A stretch of DNA of 47,183 bases. Source: Nitrospirota bacterium. GTDB lineage: Bacteria; Nitrospirota; 9FT-COMBO-42-15; HDB-SIOI813. This document shows positions 24,545 through 33,119 of the stretch, piece after piece. The stretch is taken from contig JACRHF010000019.1 of NCBI GenBank assembly GCA_016217665.1, positions 1 through 47,183 of the forward strand, read 5' to 3'. The position numbers were made by a program, and so were the translations under genes. The notes under the pieces were generated by a model. The model was given only the letters and a program-made list of their open reading frames with translations. It had not been told where the DNA came from and made no database searches. Each line of letters opens with the position of its first letter. Positions within the stretch are counted from its first letter, which is position 1.

Positions 24545-24794
24545 AGTCATAGTAATCCTCTTTCTTCAAGAGCCATACACTCCCGAGGAACTTAAAGACT
24601 GCAATAATCGCGACACAGGAGACAAATCCATAAAAGGCGCTCCAGCCGGGTATCGCATCCCAGGCAAAGGCAATATGGTGACGGGAGGCGATAAAATCCG
24701 ATGCAAATACAACCACCAGGATGACGTAAAATATCGCCCTCCGTTTACCGGCATTCTCAGGGTCGCAAATATAATCCACCATTCCCTTGATCAT
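24543..24794 (-). CDS. small two-TM membrane protein encoded within the nuo operon
   Basis: 83 aa. ATGA stop/start overlap with the upstream antiporter-like gene. Two hydrophobic segments (AIFYVILVVVFASDFI; SAFYGFVSCVAIIAVFKFLG). I recognise no family. Confidence 0.55.
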   Translation of the reverse strand: MIKGMVDYICDPENAGKRRAIFYVILVVVFASDFIASRHHIAFAWDAIPGWSAFYGFVSCVAIIAVFKFLGSVWLLKKEDYYD

Positions 24795-26278
24795 CGAATA
24801 ACAATCTCCTTAGCCAGACTCAGGAAATAATTCGGATAGATACCAATAAGGATCGAGATAATGGCCGTAAGGACCAGCGGGATTGCCACCATCGGGATCT
24901 CTTTAATATCTCCTTCATGACCGTGACCACCTCCGGAATGATGATCATTGGGTTCCTCAAAGAATGCCTTGTAAGTGATGGGTAAAAAATATGCGGCATT
25001 TAAAATCGTGCTGGTTAAGAGGACGATCAGGATCGGTATTTCCTTCGCCTCAACCGATCCGATGACAAGGTACCACTTGCTGATAAAGCCGGCGGCAGGC
25101 GGCACTCCGATCATGCTGAGGGATGCGAGAAAGAATGCCGTCATGGTCCAGGGGAGCTTGCGGCCGATACCGGAGAGCTGGCTGACCTCGGTCTTGTGCG
25201 CGGCACAGTAAATAGAGCCGGCACAGAAGAACAGCGTGATCTTGGAAAAGGCGTGGTTGGCAATGTGCACAATCCCGCCGATCATGCTGCTCGGGGTGAG
25301 GAGCACCGCGCCCAGGATGACATAGGAGAGCTGGCTGACGGTGGAATAGGCCAGCCGCCTCTTCAGATTATCCTGAGTCAGGGCATAGACCGATGCCATG
25401 ATGATCGTGAAAGAGACCACGTAGGCCGTGGCCATCCCAAGGTTCAACTCAGCCATCAGTTTCGTGCCGAAGACATGGAAGATGACCCGCAGCACCGAAA
25501 AGACGCCCATCTTCACCACAGCCACCGCGTGCAGGAGCGCACTGACGGGCGTGGGGGCCACCATGGCCGCAGGGAGCCACGCATGAAACGGCATAATCGC
25601 GGCCTTTGAAAAGCCGACCATGAAACAGATATAGACAACGGTTAAGAGCAGGGGCGAGGCTGAGGTATTCGCCAGCAGACCCTGATCTGAAAAATCAAGA
25701 TTCCCCGTGATATAGTAGGTCAGTGCAATCGCGGCTAACAAAAAGGTCTTGGAGGTGCCGACCAGATAGACGACATATTTCTTGCTCCCCTGCCAGGACT
25801 CCTCTGTCTCCTTGTGATAGACAAGGGGATAGGTCACCAGACTCAGGACCTCATAGAAGACGATCAGCGTAAACAGGTTGGCGGCGAATGCCCCGCCCAC
25901 CGCGGCGAAGATACTGACGCTGAAACTGGCGAAGAACCTCGTCTGGGCGTGCTCTTTCGCACTCCGCATGTAGCCTACAGAATAGACAGAGGCAAATATC
26001 CAGAGAAAGGACGCTATCGTGGCAAAGACCATCCCTAAGGCATCCACCCTGAATTTAAAGGGAACGCCGGGGAGTGTATTAAAGAGGGTGTATTCGATGG
26101 TCCTGCCGGAGAGGATGACCGGCGCCATCGAGATGACGATCAAAAACGTCAGGATCGCCGCCAGAAAGGATGTCGCATCCCTCAGGTTAGGGGTCTTCTG
26201 AAAAAACAATATCAGGAAAGCAGCCGTCAGGGGAAGAAACAGTGCAAGCAGCGGTCTTATGGACTCAATCGTTTCCAC
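24791..26278 (-). CDS. additional NuoL/MrpA-like antiporter-type subunit lacking the lateral-helix tail
   Basis: 495 aa, starts 4 nt after nuoK. FYEVLSL (TM5 Glu), FSKAAIMPFHAWLPAAMVAPTPVSALLHAVAVVKMG (L/MrpA-type PTPVSAL-HA), HIANHAFSKITLFFCAG, GFISKWY. It ends after a His-rich loop (NDHHSGGGHGHEGD) and one more TM. Confidence 0.75.
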   Translation of the reverse strand: METIESIRPLLALFLPLTAAFLILFFQKTPNLRDATSFLAAILTFLIVISMAPVILSGRTIEYTLFNTLPGVPFKFRVDALGMVFATIASFLWIFASVYSVGYMRSAKEHAQTRFFASFSVSIFAAVGGAFAANLFTLIVFYEVLSLVTYPLVYHKETEESWQGSKKYVVYLVGTSKTFLLAAIALTYYITGNLDFSDQGLLANTSASPLLLTVVYICFMVGFSKAAIMPFHAWLPAAMVAPTPVSALLHAVAVVKMGVFSVLRVIFHVFGTKLMAELNLGMATAYVVSFTIIMASVYALTQDNLKRRLAYSTVSQLSYVILGAVLLTPSSMIGGIVHIANHAFSKITLFFCAGSIYCAAHKTEVSQLSGIGRKLPWTMTAFFLASLSMIGVPPAAGFISKWYLVIGSVEAKEIPILIVLLTSTILNAAYFLPITYKAFFEEPNDHHSGGGHGHEGDIKEIPMVAIPLVLTAIISILIGIYPNYFLSLAKEIVIR

Positions 26279-26282
26279 TATT

Positions 26283-26585
26283 CTACCCTTTCATCGTCTG
26301 GATTTCATCCACATTAAGGGCGGCCTTGTTTCTCACCAGGGCAATCAGAATGCCCAGGGCAATGGCCACCTCGGCGGCTGCAATCGTAATTACGAATATC
26401 GAGAATATCTGCCCCCTCAGATCCTGGAGAAAATAGGAGAAGGCCACAAGATTGATATTGACCGAGTTTAGGATCAGTTCCACCGACATCAGGATGATCA
26501 GGATATTTCTTCTCAAAAGGACGCCTGAAGTCCCGATGATAAAGAGGAGAGCGCTCAGGATAATATACCAAGACAAGGGGACCAT
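26283..26585 (-). CDS. nuoK: NADH-quinone oxidoreductase subunit K
   Basis: 100 aa, three TM segments. Conserved ELILNSVN and [12 protein letters not shown] motifs. Confidence 0.9.
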   Translation of the reverse strand: MVPLSWYIILSALLFIIGTSGVLLRRNILIILMSVELILNSVNINLVAFSYFLQDLRGQIFSIFVITIAAAEVAIALGILIALVRNKAALNVDEIQTMKG

Positions 26586-26589
26586 GCTC

Positions 26590-27102
26590 CTATCTCAGCT
26601 CCTTTCTACCCAACACAATCGCGCCTAACAAGGCGACTAAGAGTATCAGCGACACCACCTCGAAGGGGAGAATATACTTTGTAAACAACGCCTCCCCTAC
26701 CTCCCTCACGGTCCCGGTAAGGCGGCCCGCCGCAGGCGCTGTGATGACGGCCAGCCTGCTCCTTGAGACAATCAGCACCATCTCAATGACCAGCACCCCT
26801 AAGAGGGCGATCACCCATAACTGCCCTCCGGAGACAAACCGTTCCATGCCGGCCTTGGAGATATCCAACATCATGATGACAAAGAGGAAGAGCACCAGCA
26901 CCGCACCCACATAGACAAACACCTGGACCACGGCAATAAAGGGGGCGCGCAGCATGACGAATAATGCCGCCATCTGTAAGAAACAGACCATCAGGGATAT
27001 GACGCTGTGGACCGGATTTCGGAGAGAAACGACGGCGATCGCTGATCCTACGGCCAATATTGCAAAGACAAAGAAAAACATCTGCTCCGCCACTACCACC
27101 AC
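26590..27102 (-). CDS. nuoJ: NADH-quinone oxidoreductase subunit J
   Basis: 170 aa membrane protein. NPVHSVISL and [17 protein letters not shown] are typical of NuoJ. Operon position between nuoI and nuoK. Confidence 0.85.
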   Translation of the reverse strand: MVVVAEQMFFFVFAILAVGSAIAVVSLRNPVHSVISLMVCFLQMAALFVMLRAPFIAVVQVFVYVGAVLVLFLFVIMMLDISKAGMERFVSGGQLWVIALLGVLVIEMVLIVSRSRLAVITAPAAGRLTGTVREVGEALFTKYILPFEVVSLILLVALLGAIVLGRKELR

Positions 27103-27668
27103 CTCTTCTGAACACTCATGTCCGGGACAATCTTTATCCCTGTTTCATCTGTCTCCAGCCTCGCCTTCACAATGACGCCCCCCTCGAACTCCCCAGGGAT
27201 CGCCTGGGGGGTCAGGAGTTCTTCCTTGGTCCGGAGCTGCCTCTGCATCGAGGTGCCGGCCAGTTCATACTCCCTCCCCAGCTTCAACGCCTCGGTCGGG
27301 CAGGCATCCTCACACAACCCGCAGAACATACAGCGCAGGAGATTGATCTCCCACCGGTAAGCTACCCGGTCTGCGATCCCCTTCCCTGTCGTGTCCTGCA
27401 TGGGGACTACCGTAATACACTGGGTAGGACACGACTTTTGGCACAGCTCGCACCCAACACATAATTCCTTCCCCTCTTTATTCCTGTTCAGCGTATGGAG
27501 CCCGCGGAATCTTCTGTACGGGATCCACGTCTCCTCGTCAGGGTATTTCATGGTAACGGTCTTAGAAAAGGTATAGTTGAATGTGATAAACAATCCCTGG
27601 ATGAGGTCTAAGAAAAAGACCTTTTTCAGAAGCCCCTTCAGATCAAAGTTGTGATGGTTCCCGTTCAT
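27093..27668 (-). CDS. nuoI: NADH-quinone oxidoreductase subunit I (2x[4Fe-4S])
   Basis: Start set at ATG 27668 (ATGA overlap with the nuoH stop). CVGCELCQKSCP and CMFCGLCEDACP ferredoxin motifs. Confidence 0.9.
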   Translation of the reverse strand: MNGNHHNFDLKGLLKKVFFLDLIQGLFITFNYTFSKTVTMKYPDEETWIPYRRFRGLHTLNRNKEGKELCVGCELCQKSCPTQCITVVPMQDTTGKGIADRVAYRWEINLLRCMFCGLCEDACPTEALKLGREYELAGTSMQRQLRTKEELLTPQAIPGEFEGGVIVKARLETDETGIKIVPDMSVQKRWW

Positions 27669-28648
27669 ATGATTATCAACCCCGTAATCAGGATGTTCGC
27701 CAGCGATAACGGCAGGAGTATCTTCCACCCGATGCTCATGAGCTGGTCATACCGGTATCGAGGAAAAGTAAACCGGGTCCATATAATGATATAGATCAGC
27801 ATCGCCACCTTCAGCAGGAACCATAGGATACCCGGAAGAAAGACCGGGCCGTCCCACCCGCCCAGGAACAGGAGGACGATCAGGATAGACATCGAGACCA
27901 TGGCCACATACTCGGTCAGCATAAAAAATGCAAATCTCATCGAACTGTACTCCGCATGATAACCGGCGCCCAGGGTCCCTTCATCCTCCGGCAGGTCAAA
28001 GGGAATGCGGTTGATCTCTGCCAGCCCTGCGATAAAAAAGATGACAAATCCAACCGGCTGGTACAGGATATTCCAGTGCCACCCGGACTGGGCCCTCACG
28101 ATATCTAAAAGGCTCAGGGAGTTTACAATCATCACTACCCCGATGCAGGCAAAACTCAGGGCCAGCTCATAACTGATCATCTGCGCTGAGGAACGGAGGC
28201 CGCCGAGCAGGGGATACTTGCTGTTGGAAGCCCACCCGCCGAGGATAATCCCGTAGACGCTCAGGCCTGCGATGGCCAGGACGTAGAGTATCCCTGTGTC
28301 CATATTCGAGATGTACAGATTGACCTCATAATTTACAATGGGGAGGGTCACCTTTTCCCCGAAGGGGATCGTGGCAAACACGGCAAAGGCCGGAACCATG
28401 GCGATGACAGGCGCTATCCTGAAGAGCCACGGGTCTGCCTTTGCAGGGACGATGTCCTCCTTGAACATGAGCTTGATCATGTCTGCAAAGGGCTGCAGGA
28501 TCCCATGCGGACCAACCCGGTAAGGACCGAGCCTGACCTGGATATGCCCTGCCACCTTCCGCTCGATGTAGGTCAAGGGAAGCGGGAGTGCAAACACAAT
28601 CAGGGTAACAACCACCACCTTAATGCCTATCAAAAGCAACTCGATCAT
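27665..28648 (-). CDS. nuoH: NADH-quinone oxidoreductase subunit H
   Basis: 327 aa. GPHGILQPFADMIKLMFKED and EYSSMRFAFFMLTEY motifs. Confidence 0.92.
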   Translation of the reverse strand: MIELLLIGIKVVVVTLIVFALPLPLTYIERKVAGHIQVRLGPYRVGPHGILQPFADMIKLMFKEDIVPAKADPWLFRIAPVIAMVPAFAVFATIPFGEKVTLPIVNYEVNLYISNMDTGILYVLAIAGLSVYGIILGGWASNSKYPLLGGLRSSAQMISYELALSFACIGVVMIVNSLSLLDIVRAQSGWHWNILYQPVGFVIFFIAGLAEINRIPFDLPEDEGTLGAGYHAEYSSMRFAFFMLTEYVAMVSMSILIVLLFLGGWDGPVFLPGILWFLLKVAMLIYIIIWTRFTFPRYRYDQLMSIGWKILLPLSLANILITGLIII

Positions 28649-28659
28649 CGTCTTTCGGC

Positions 28660-29130
28660 CTACCTCTTCCTACCCCACATATAATTGATCATCTCTAAGT
28701 ATCTTGCGTTCATCCCTCTCACGATGGAGTGTATATTGAATACAACACTTTTGAGCATCTTATAAATCAGGCGGGGATGGCTGTCAACTAAGGTCTCAAA
28801 ATCCGCCTTCTCCAGCACGTACACCTTTGTATCCGCAATCGCCACAATGGTCGCAGAACGGGGCCTGCTGTCCAGGAAAGACATCTCGCCGAAGATGTCG
28901 CCATCTTTGTGCAGGGTCAGTGTCAGGAGGTCCCCTTCCGGCGTCGCCTTGCATGCCTTGACCTCTCCCCTTTTGATGACGTAGAGGGATTGTCCGTCTT
29001 CTCCCTCTTTGAATATGGTAGTCCCAAGCTTAAAATCCTTCTCTTTTAACACCTGGGAGACAATATTCAATTCTTCGTCGTTCAGATCTGAGAAAAAATG
29101 GATATCACGAAGCGATTTCGGATCTATCAT
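28660..29130 (-). CDS. stand-alone cyclic nucleotide-binding (CNB/Crp-type effector) domain protein embedded in the nuo operon
   Basis: 156 aa. Beta-roll and phosphate-binding cassette GDIFGEMSFLDSRPRSATIVA, with no HTH or other output domain. ATGA overlap with the nuoG stop, and its own stop lies 11 nt before the nuoH ATG. Confidence 0.8.
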   Translation of the reverse strand: MIDPKSLRDIHFFSDLNDEELNIVSQVLKEKDFKLGTTIFKEGEDGQSLYVIKRGEVKACKATPEGDLLTLTLHKDGDIFGEMSFLDSRPRSATIVAIADTKVYVLEKADFETLVDSHPRLIYKMLKSVVFNIHSIVRGMNARYLEMINYMWGRKR

Positions 29131-31670
29131 TTTATCCCCCCGCCGTGAGATTTACCCGTAAGAGGGAGCACCCTCACCCTTGGGAGCCCCTCCCCTTTTG
29201 TGAAAAACATATTGACACGGACATCTGTAAAGTTCTCCGGTATAAAGACAACACCTTTTGCAGACCTCTTGTTCACGTGCACCGTCAATACGGCCTCATA
29301 CCGCTCCCCTTTTACCGTGACCTTATCCCCTTTTCCAACCCTCAGATCCTTTGCATCCTCTTCGCTGATCTCGACAATGGCTTCGGACAGGATATCCCTT
29401 AAGGTGTCCGTCCTGAGAGAAAGCCTCCCGGAGTGATAGAGATGATTCCCTGTGATCAGGACGAAGGGATAATTGGGATCAGGAGAGGTAGAAGGCATCT
29501 GGCTGGCCGCTGAGGGGACAGATTTCAAATCTGTCCCCTCACTGCTGCCTGCTGCCTTCACTATTGCCCCGTTCCCATCCAGGCTCTCAAAGGCGATCTC
29601 ACGATACATCGGTGCCACCTCTTTGATCTCCTCAAAGATCCCGGCCACAGACCCATAGTTAAATGAGGGATCCACGGCCGCACCGACAGCGGCAATGATC
29701 TCCCAGTCCGCCTTTGCATCCCCCTGGGGCGGCACGAATCTCCTTAACCTCTGGACCCTGCCTTCCTGATTCGTAAAGGTCCCGTCTTTTTCAACAAAGC
29801 TTGCGCCGGGCAGGACCACGCTGGCCATCTTGGCCGTCTCGGTGAGGAACATATCCTGGACGATCAGGAACTTAACCCGGCGGAGGGCCTCTTCGACAAA
29901 CCTTCCATCCGGAAAATCAGAGACAATATCTTCACCGATGACATACAAGACGTCCACCTCTCCCCGCGACGATGCCTCCAACATCCCCTCACATCCCAGG
30001 CCATTCCCGTCCGTGAAACTGTAGCCGGGCAGGATAGCCGGATGAACACCCATCTCCCAGGCCCCCCTCTGGTTTGCCCTGTCAAAGACAGGGAAGAGCT
30101 TGACCTCTTTGCCCAAAAGCCGCAGCGTCCCGACAAGGATGTTCAGGAATTCCAATCGCGAGGGCCCTCTTAATACGTCATTTCCCACAACAATAGTCAC
30201 CGATTTGGAGGATGACATGAAATCTGCAGCAGACTCTATCCTGCCCCAGTCTATGCCGGTCAGCGAGGAGACACTTTCCTTTGAGATATTTTTAATCTGC
30301 TCCCTGCCGGAGAGATCATTCAATTGATCTGCATTCTTATCATAAAGGACTTTGGAGATCCCGCTGAGGATCTCCCCTTCGGCGGCTGGTCTGTGCCGGA
30401 GGGTCAGGGCCGCAGAGCTGTCGAGCTTCATCCCCCTCGGAGAGGCGATGATGATGTTCATCTTTTTATTCTTAGACAGGCGCCTGATCATATAGTCTGT
30501 GACAGGATTTTCATCCGAGATGCCGGACCCGATAACGAGCAGCGTATCCGTGTTTAAGGCATCATATACCGATACACCGCCCCTCCTGAGCTCCATGACC
30601 TCCGCGAATGTCTTCACGGTACTGCTATTCCACCGGCTGCTGGAATCTATGTGGTTTGTCTTCAACACCACCCTCATCAGCCTCTGGAAGAGATAGAGTT
30701 CCTCGTTGGAAAGCCGGCTTGAGGCAATCCCCCCGATCTTCCCTCCGTTTCTTACGACCCCGGTGATCCCTTCCTTGATCGTCTTGAGGGCCTCGCCCCA
30801 TGTGGCGGGTTCAAGCATCCCCCCTTTCCGGATCATGGGGGTCACAAGTCGATCATGGCTCTGGATAAAGGAATAGCCATATCTCCCTCTGGCGCACAAC
30901 GTCTCATTATTGATCCCTTTATCCGGCTTTGAGATGACCCGAAGGACCTCGCCGTTCCTGGCCTGCACCGTTAACTGACAACCCGTGCCGCAGTAGGTGC
31001 ACACCGTATCCACCCCTCTCAGATCCCAGGATCTTGACTTATACCGGAAGGAGCGGCTCATCAACGAGCCGACCGGACAGACCTCGATGCAGTTGCCGCA
31101 ATGATCGCAGTCTAAGTATTCTTTAACAAAACTGGTCTCCCCTGTCCCGGCGCCGCGGTCAATGGACCCTAACACCCCCGCGCCGACCGTCTCGGCACAG
31201 ATGCGGACACACCTCTTGCACTGGATGCACCGGTTGACATTCTGGACAATGACAGGACTCAGGATATAGTCTTCCTCGTGGAACCGCCTCTTTTCTTCGC
31301 CAAAGGGGCTCTTTCGCGGACCGAACTTAAAGGTGACATCCTGCAGCTCGCACTCGCCCCCTTTATCGCATACCGGGCAATCAAGCGGGTGATTCGCCAG
31401 GAGGAGATCAATCATGGCCGACCTGGCAGACTTAACCACCGGAGATTCGGTCAGAACCTCCATCCCGTGCATGACCGGGGTCACGCAGGAGGGCTGGAGC
31501 TTCTTCTGGCCCACAATCTCTACAAGGCAGACCCTGCAGGAGGCCAGCTTGCTGAGCCTCGCATGAAAGCACATCGTGGGTATCTCAAACCCTGCGCTCG
31601 TTGCCGCATCCAGGATCAGGGTCCCGTCCTCGACTGTAATCTCTTTCCCGTTTATTTTTACGGTGGCCAT
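29127..31670 (-). CDS. nuoG: NADH-quinone oxidoreductase subunit G
   Basis: 847 aa. N-terminal 2Fe-2S (CRVCLVE), HPLDCPVCDKGGEC, 4Fe-4S motifs CIQCKRCVRIC and CDHCGNCIEVCPVG, then a molybdopterin-oxidoreductase-like domain. Confidence 0.92.
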   Translation of the reverse strand: MATVKINGKEITVEDGTLILDAATSAGFEIPTMCFHARLSKLASCRVCLVEIVGQKKLQPSCVTPVMHGMEVLTESPVVKSARSAMIDLLLANHPLDCPVCDKGGECELQDVTFKFGPRKSPFGEEKRRFHEEDYILSPVIVQNVNRCIQCKRCVRICAETVGAGVLGSIDRGAGTGETSFVKEYLDCDHCGNCIEVCPVGSLMSRSFRYKSRSWDLRGVDTVCTYCGTGCQLTVQARNGEVLRVISKPDKGINNETLCARGRYGYSFIQSHDRLVTPMIRKGGMLEPATWGEALKTIKEGITGVVRNGGKIGGIASSRLSNEELYLFQRLMRVVLKTNHIDSSSRWNSSTVKTFAEVMELRRGGVSVYDALNTDTLLVIGSGISDENPVTDYMIRRLSKNKKMNIIIASPRGMKLDSSAALTLRHRPAAEGEILSGISKVLYDKNADQLNDLSGREQIKNISKESVSSLTGIDWGRIESAADFMSSSKSVTIVVGNDVLRGPSRLEFLNILVGTLRLLGKEVKLFPVFDRANQRGAWEMGVHPAILPGYSFTDGNGLGCEGMLEASSRGEVDVLYVIGEDIVSDFPDGRFVEEALRRVKFLIVQDMFLTETAKMASVVLPGASFVEKDGTFTNQEGRVQRLRRFVPPQGDAKADWEIIAAVGAAVDPSFNYGSVAGIFEEIKEVAPMYREIAFESLDGNGAIVKAAGSSEGTDLKSVPSAASQMPSTSPDPNYPFVLITGNHLYHSGRLSLRTDTLRDILSEAIVEISEEDAKDLRVGKGDKVTVKGERYEAVLTVHVNKRSAKGVVFIPENFTDVRVNMFFTKGEGLPRVRVLPLTGKSHGGGIK
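29511..29541. repeat. 31-nt perfect palindrome of the GGGGACAGATTT family inside the nuoG coding sequence
   Basis: TGAGGGGACAGATTT c AAATCTGTCCCCTCA read directly. It encodes SEGTDLKSVPS in the nuoG frame. Confidence 0.95.
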
Positions 31671-31698
31671 GTTAATCCTGCTCTAAATCCGCCCTTAG

Positions 31699-31746
31699 CC
31701 CAATCCCCCTTTTTCCCCCTTTATTAAAGGGGGATTATAGGGAGGC
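31699..31746. repeat. CCCCCTTT..AAAGGGGG nested palindromic element (copy 2)
   Basis: CCCAATCCCCCTTTTTCCCCCTTTATTAAAGGGGGATTATAGGGAGG in the nuoF-nuoG spacer. Related copies at 19561-19603 and 38451-38500. Confidence 0.85.
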
Positions 31747-31750
31747 TTAT

Positions 31751-31785
31751 CTGTTCACTGTTCACTGTTCACTGTTCACTGTTCA
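31751..31785 (-). repeat. heptanucleotide tandem repeat (CTGTTCA)5, = (TGAACAG)5 on the coding strand
   Basis: Five perfect units read directly. The nuoF stop codon (31776-31778) and its last codons lie within the array. Confidence 0.97.
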
Positions 31786-33047
31786 CTATTTACCATGCAT
31801 CTCTTATGTTTTACATGATACTCAAACTCTTCCCTGAAATTATTGATCGCGCCCCTCAGGGCCATCACGGCGCCGTCGCCGAGGGGACAGAAGGTGCGGC
31901 CAAAGATATCCCCGCATAATTTAAGGAGGACTTCCACATCCCCCTCTTTCCCTTCACCATGCTCCACCCTCCGCATCACCTTGACAATCCAGTCGAGCCC
32001 TTCCCGGCAGGGGGTACACTTGCCACACGACTCATGGTGAAAGAATTCATGGACAATCAGGGCCCCCTTCACAATGCAGGTCTTCTCGTCCATAACGACC
32101 ACAGCGCCACTTCCCAGCATCGTCCCCTTGGCCGCAAGGGAGTCAAAATCCATCGGGGTATCCAGGTCTTTCTCCGTCAGCATCGGGGCAGATACGCCGC
32201 CAGGAATCACGGCCTTTAACCTTCGGTCCCCTTTGATCCCCCCGGCATGGGTATAGATGATCTCGCGGAGCGGTGTCCCCATCGGGAGCTCATAGAGACC
32301 CGGCTTATTCACATGTCCGCTGACCCCGAACAGCTTGGGCCCCGGGCTTTTGGCCGGCCCGATAGCAGCAAACCACGCTGCCCCTCTGTTGATAATGTGC
32401 GGGATGCAGGCCAGGGTCTCCACATTATTGATAACCGTTGGTTTTCCAAAAAGACCGACTTGGGCCGGAAAGGGGGGTTTTATCCTCGGCAGGGCGCGCC
32501 GGCCTTCCAACGACTCCAGGAGGGCCGTCTCCTCGCCGCAGATATATGCCCCGGCACCCCGGTGCACATAAATATTGAGACTGAATTTGCTCCCCAGGAT
32601 ATTATTCCCCAGATATCCCTTTGCATGGGCCTCCCGGATCGCCTCCTCAAGCCTGTCCGCGCCGAGGGTGAATTCCCCGCGGATGTAGATGTAGGCGTTG
32701 TTCGCTCCGATAGCATAGCAGCCTATTGCAATCCCCTCAAGGAGCTGATGGGGGTCCTTCTCAATGATCGCCCTGTCCTTATAGGTGCCCGGCTCCCCCT
32801 CATCTGCATTGCAACAGAGATACTTGGGGATGGTAGGATCTTTCGGGATAAAACTCCACTTCAGTCCTGTCGAGAAGCCGGCCCCGCCGCGCCCTCTCAG
32901 GCCGGAGTCCTTGACCATCTGGATGATCGTATCCGTGTTCATCTCAAGGGCCTTTTTCAGGGCCTGATACCCGCCGCTGTTAAGATATGCCGTTAGCTTA
33001 AACGAATCAGGGGCATTCATATTTTTCAGAATCACAGGTTCAAACAT
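31776..33047 (-). CDS. nuoF: NADH-quinone oxidoreductase subunit F
   Basis: 423 aa. GRGGAGFSTGLKW (FMN/NADH site), ESCGKCTPCREG (cluster N3). Confidence 0.95.
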   Translation of the reverse strand: MFEPVILKNMNAPDSFKLTAYLNSGGYQALKKALEMNTDTIIQMVKDSGLRGRGGAGFSTGLKWSFIPKDPTIPKYLCCNADEGEPGTYKDRAIIEKDPHQLLEGIAIGCYAIGANNAYIYIRGEFTLGADRLEEAIREAHAKGYLGNNILGSKFSLNIYVHRGAGAYICGEETALLESLEGRRALPRIKPPFPAQVGLFGKPTVINNVETLACIPHIINRGAAWFAAIGPAKSPGPKLFGVSGHVNKPGLYELPMGTPLREIIYTHAGGIKGDRRLKAVIPGGVSAPMLTEKDLDTPMDFDSLAAKGTMLGSGAVVVMDEKTCIVKGALIVHEFFHHESCGKCTPCREGLDWIVKVMRRVEHGEGKEGDVEVLLKLCGDIFGRTFCPLGDGAVMALRGAINNFREEFEYHVKHKRCMVNSEQ

Positions 33048-33070
33048 AGCTTTACTTTTTACAGGGTCGT

Positions 33071-33119
33071 CTTCTTGCTTCTTGCTTCTTGCCTCTTGCT
33101 TCTTACTTCTTACTTCAGC
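33071..33119 (-). repeat. heptanucleotide tandem repeat (CTTCTTG)n, about 7 units, = (CAAGAAG)n on the coding strand
   Basis: CTTCTTG x3, then CCTCTTG, CTTCTTA x2, CTTCAGC. The nuoE stop (33110-33112) lies inside the array, which fills most of the nuoE-nuoF spacer. Confidence 0.95.
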
